The position numbers and the translations under genes were made by a program. The notes under the pieces are model-generated. The model was not told the DNA's origin. It saw only the letters and a list, made by a program, of their open reading frames with translations, and ran no database searches. A DNA stretch of 64,000 bases from a virus. The stretch is taken from positions 96,001-160,000 of IMG/VR virus record IMGVR_UViG_3300037466_003065. The stretch is one strand, 5' to 3'. This document shows, piece by piece, positions 62,855 to 64,000 of this stretch (its first letter is position 1; each line of letters starts with the position of its first letter).

Positions 62855-62940
62855 TGTCCCATTTCTGCGACAGTCCCAGAACTGCGACAGTCCCAGTTTT
62901 GCGACAGGGTAGAAATCCCTGGTGTCGCAGAATTGGGACA
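62855..62940. repeat. second cluster of the 18-bp repeat: three abutting copies on a 17-bp period plus one inverted copy
   Basis: TGTCCCATTTCTGCGACA-GTCCCAGAACTGCGACA-GTCCCAGTTTTGCGACA (62855-62906) and TGTCGCAGAATTGGGACA (62923-62940). Confidence 0.9.
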
Positions 62941-63338
62941 CCGTTTCCTGCTCCGGCCAATAGCCCCCTCTTTATCCCTGACCCTGGCAGAGCGTGCCGG
63001 GCCAGTCGATATCTCCCCCTCTGGGGGATGGGGCATCTACCGGATGAGGGGTAGAGGGTGGTCTCGTTCGTCACCAGGAAAGGAGTCCGGGGCTTGGGTC
63101 AGGTCGTGGTTCGTCAGGGGGGAGACGTTGGCCACACTGGATTTAGTTGCCCGGGAAATCTGGTGCTTCGTGCTGACCCTGTAAAGGCACGGTTTCTGCC
63201 GTCCTAAGTATCTGCGCTTTCAGCCTGCGCTACGAGCGGACGGTCTCGACATGCTCGTCTTGACCACAATGGATTGTCTCGGGAGAGTCGGCTGGATGAT
63301 CCCCTCCACTTCAAAATTTTGAATTGCCCGGAAAGCTC

Positions 63339-63366
63339 TTGATAATCCCAAGGGGATTACTACGAT
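63339..63366 (+). promoter_or_regulatory. sigma70-type promoter for the plus-strand genes
   Basis: TTGATA-N16-TACGAT, ~70 bp upstream of the ATG at 63435. Confidence 0.5.
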
Positions 63367-63434
63367 GGCCTCGCCGCGTATGTGGCCCCGCCGACCTTTT
63401 GGTCGATGAAGATTTCGAAAGCCGGATTTAACGC

Positions 63435-63584
63435 ATGGAACTGACCCTGACCATCATTGGGCTCGTCGTCGCGATCTGTGTCGCCGCGTACCTCGGCGGC
63501 TGGTTCGGGCTGGAGGTCGCCTCCGACCTCTTCGAGGCCCTGTTCGAGATCATCGTGGCCATCTCGTGCGGAGACACCGAATGA
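63435..63584 (+). CDS. small membrane protein
   Basis: Translated by hand: MELTLTIIGLVVAICVAAYLGGWFGLEV..., 49 aa; its stop overlaps the next ATG. Confidence 0.6.
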   Translation: MELTLTIIGLVVAICVAAYLGGWFGLEVASDLFEALFEIIVAISCGDTE

Positions 63585-63793
63585 CCCAGGAACGTTTCGA
63601 CCGCCACGCCGAACGCCTCGACCGCGTCTTCCTCTGGGCCCTGGTCGTGGGCTTCACGTCGTTCATGGCCGCGTACCGGTGGCCCCGCCTGATCTGGGTC
63701 ACCGTCACCGCCGGCGGCGTCGTCTTCGGCGTCGTGCTGGCCGCCCTCGCACTCACGCTGGTGGCGACGCGAAGGGGGCTCCGCACGTGGTGA
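63581..63793 (+). CDS. small two-TM membrane protein
   Basis: MTQERF...two hydrophobic segments. Confidence 0.65.
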   Translation: MTQERFDRHAERLDRVFLWALVVGFTSFMAAYRWPRLIWVTVTAGGVVFGVVLAALALTLVATRRGLRTW

Positions 63794-64000
63794 AGCAATA
63801 CTCCCCCATCCGCTGGAACAAGGGTGCCGCCGGGGCCCACCTCCCGCTCTGGGGTGAAGACCTCGAGACCCTCCGGAGGCAATACCCGGTCGGCGCCACG
63901 GTCAGGTTTGCGATCAACGGCGTCCTGTACGAGGGGAAGATCTTGCAGGTCGCCGAGTGCTTCCCGTGCCGGGTCTGGGATCGCAGCGGCGAGGAGGAGA
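63790..64000 (+). CDS. hypothetical protein (partial, runs off window)
   Basis: The GTG overlaps the upstream TGA; open to the window end (..YPVGATVRFAING..). Confidence 0.5.
   Translation, partial: MKQYSPIRWNKGAAGAHLPLWGEDLETLRRQYPVGATVRFAINGVLYEGKILQVAECFPCRVWDRSGEEE

Overview
This window is a 64-kb arm of a large, high-GC dsDNA phage or phage-like replicon (GC roughly 65% by eye). It contains no capsid, tail, terminase or integrase genes. About 110 tightly packed genes run almost entirely on the minus strand from ~60.5 kb to the left edge, and orientation switches to plus at ~63.4 kb. Recognisable genes: NAD-dependent DNA ligase (3' end off-window), PAPS-reductase-family protein, PspA-like module, Topo VI-A-like TOPRIM protein, Dam- and Dcm-type methyltransferases, DpdA-like transglycosylase, Fis-like HTH, GP88-like protein, Ycf46-like AAA+ ATPase with DUF1257/DUF2997/DUF3150-like partners, RuvB-like ATPase, HTH initiator-like protein with internal repeats, rIIA/rIIB, RMF-like protein and a LAGLIDADG-fold protein lacking its catalytic acid. 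The 35-58 kb stretch is a run of small phage hypotheticals typical of an early/host-takeover region. The most unusual part is 55-63 kb. It holds nine 18-bp quasi-palindromic repeats on a ~45-bp period, with a second tight cluster 7 kb away; a ~1.3-kb hairpin-dense non-coding region ending in a terminator; an orphan ORF enclosed by a 28-bp inverted repeat whose two mismatches are both G-U pairs on the coding strand; and a tRNA-like element. Four unrelated proteins also share a C-terminal R-[VM]-x-R-x-x-x-x-D motif. All family calls are from motif recognition by eye; no database search was run. A Planctomycetota host is only an inference from gene content.
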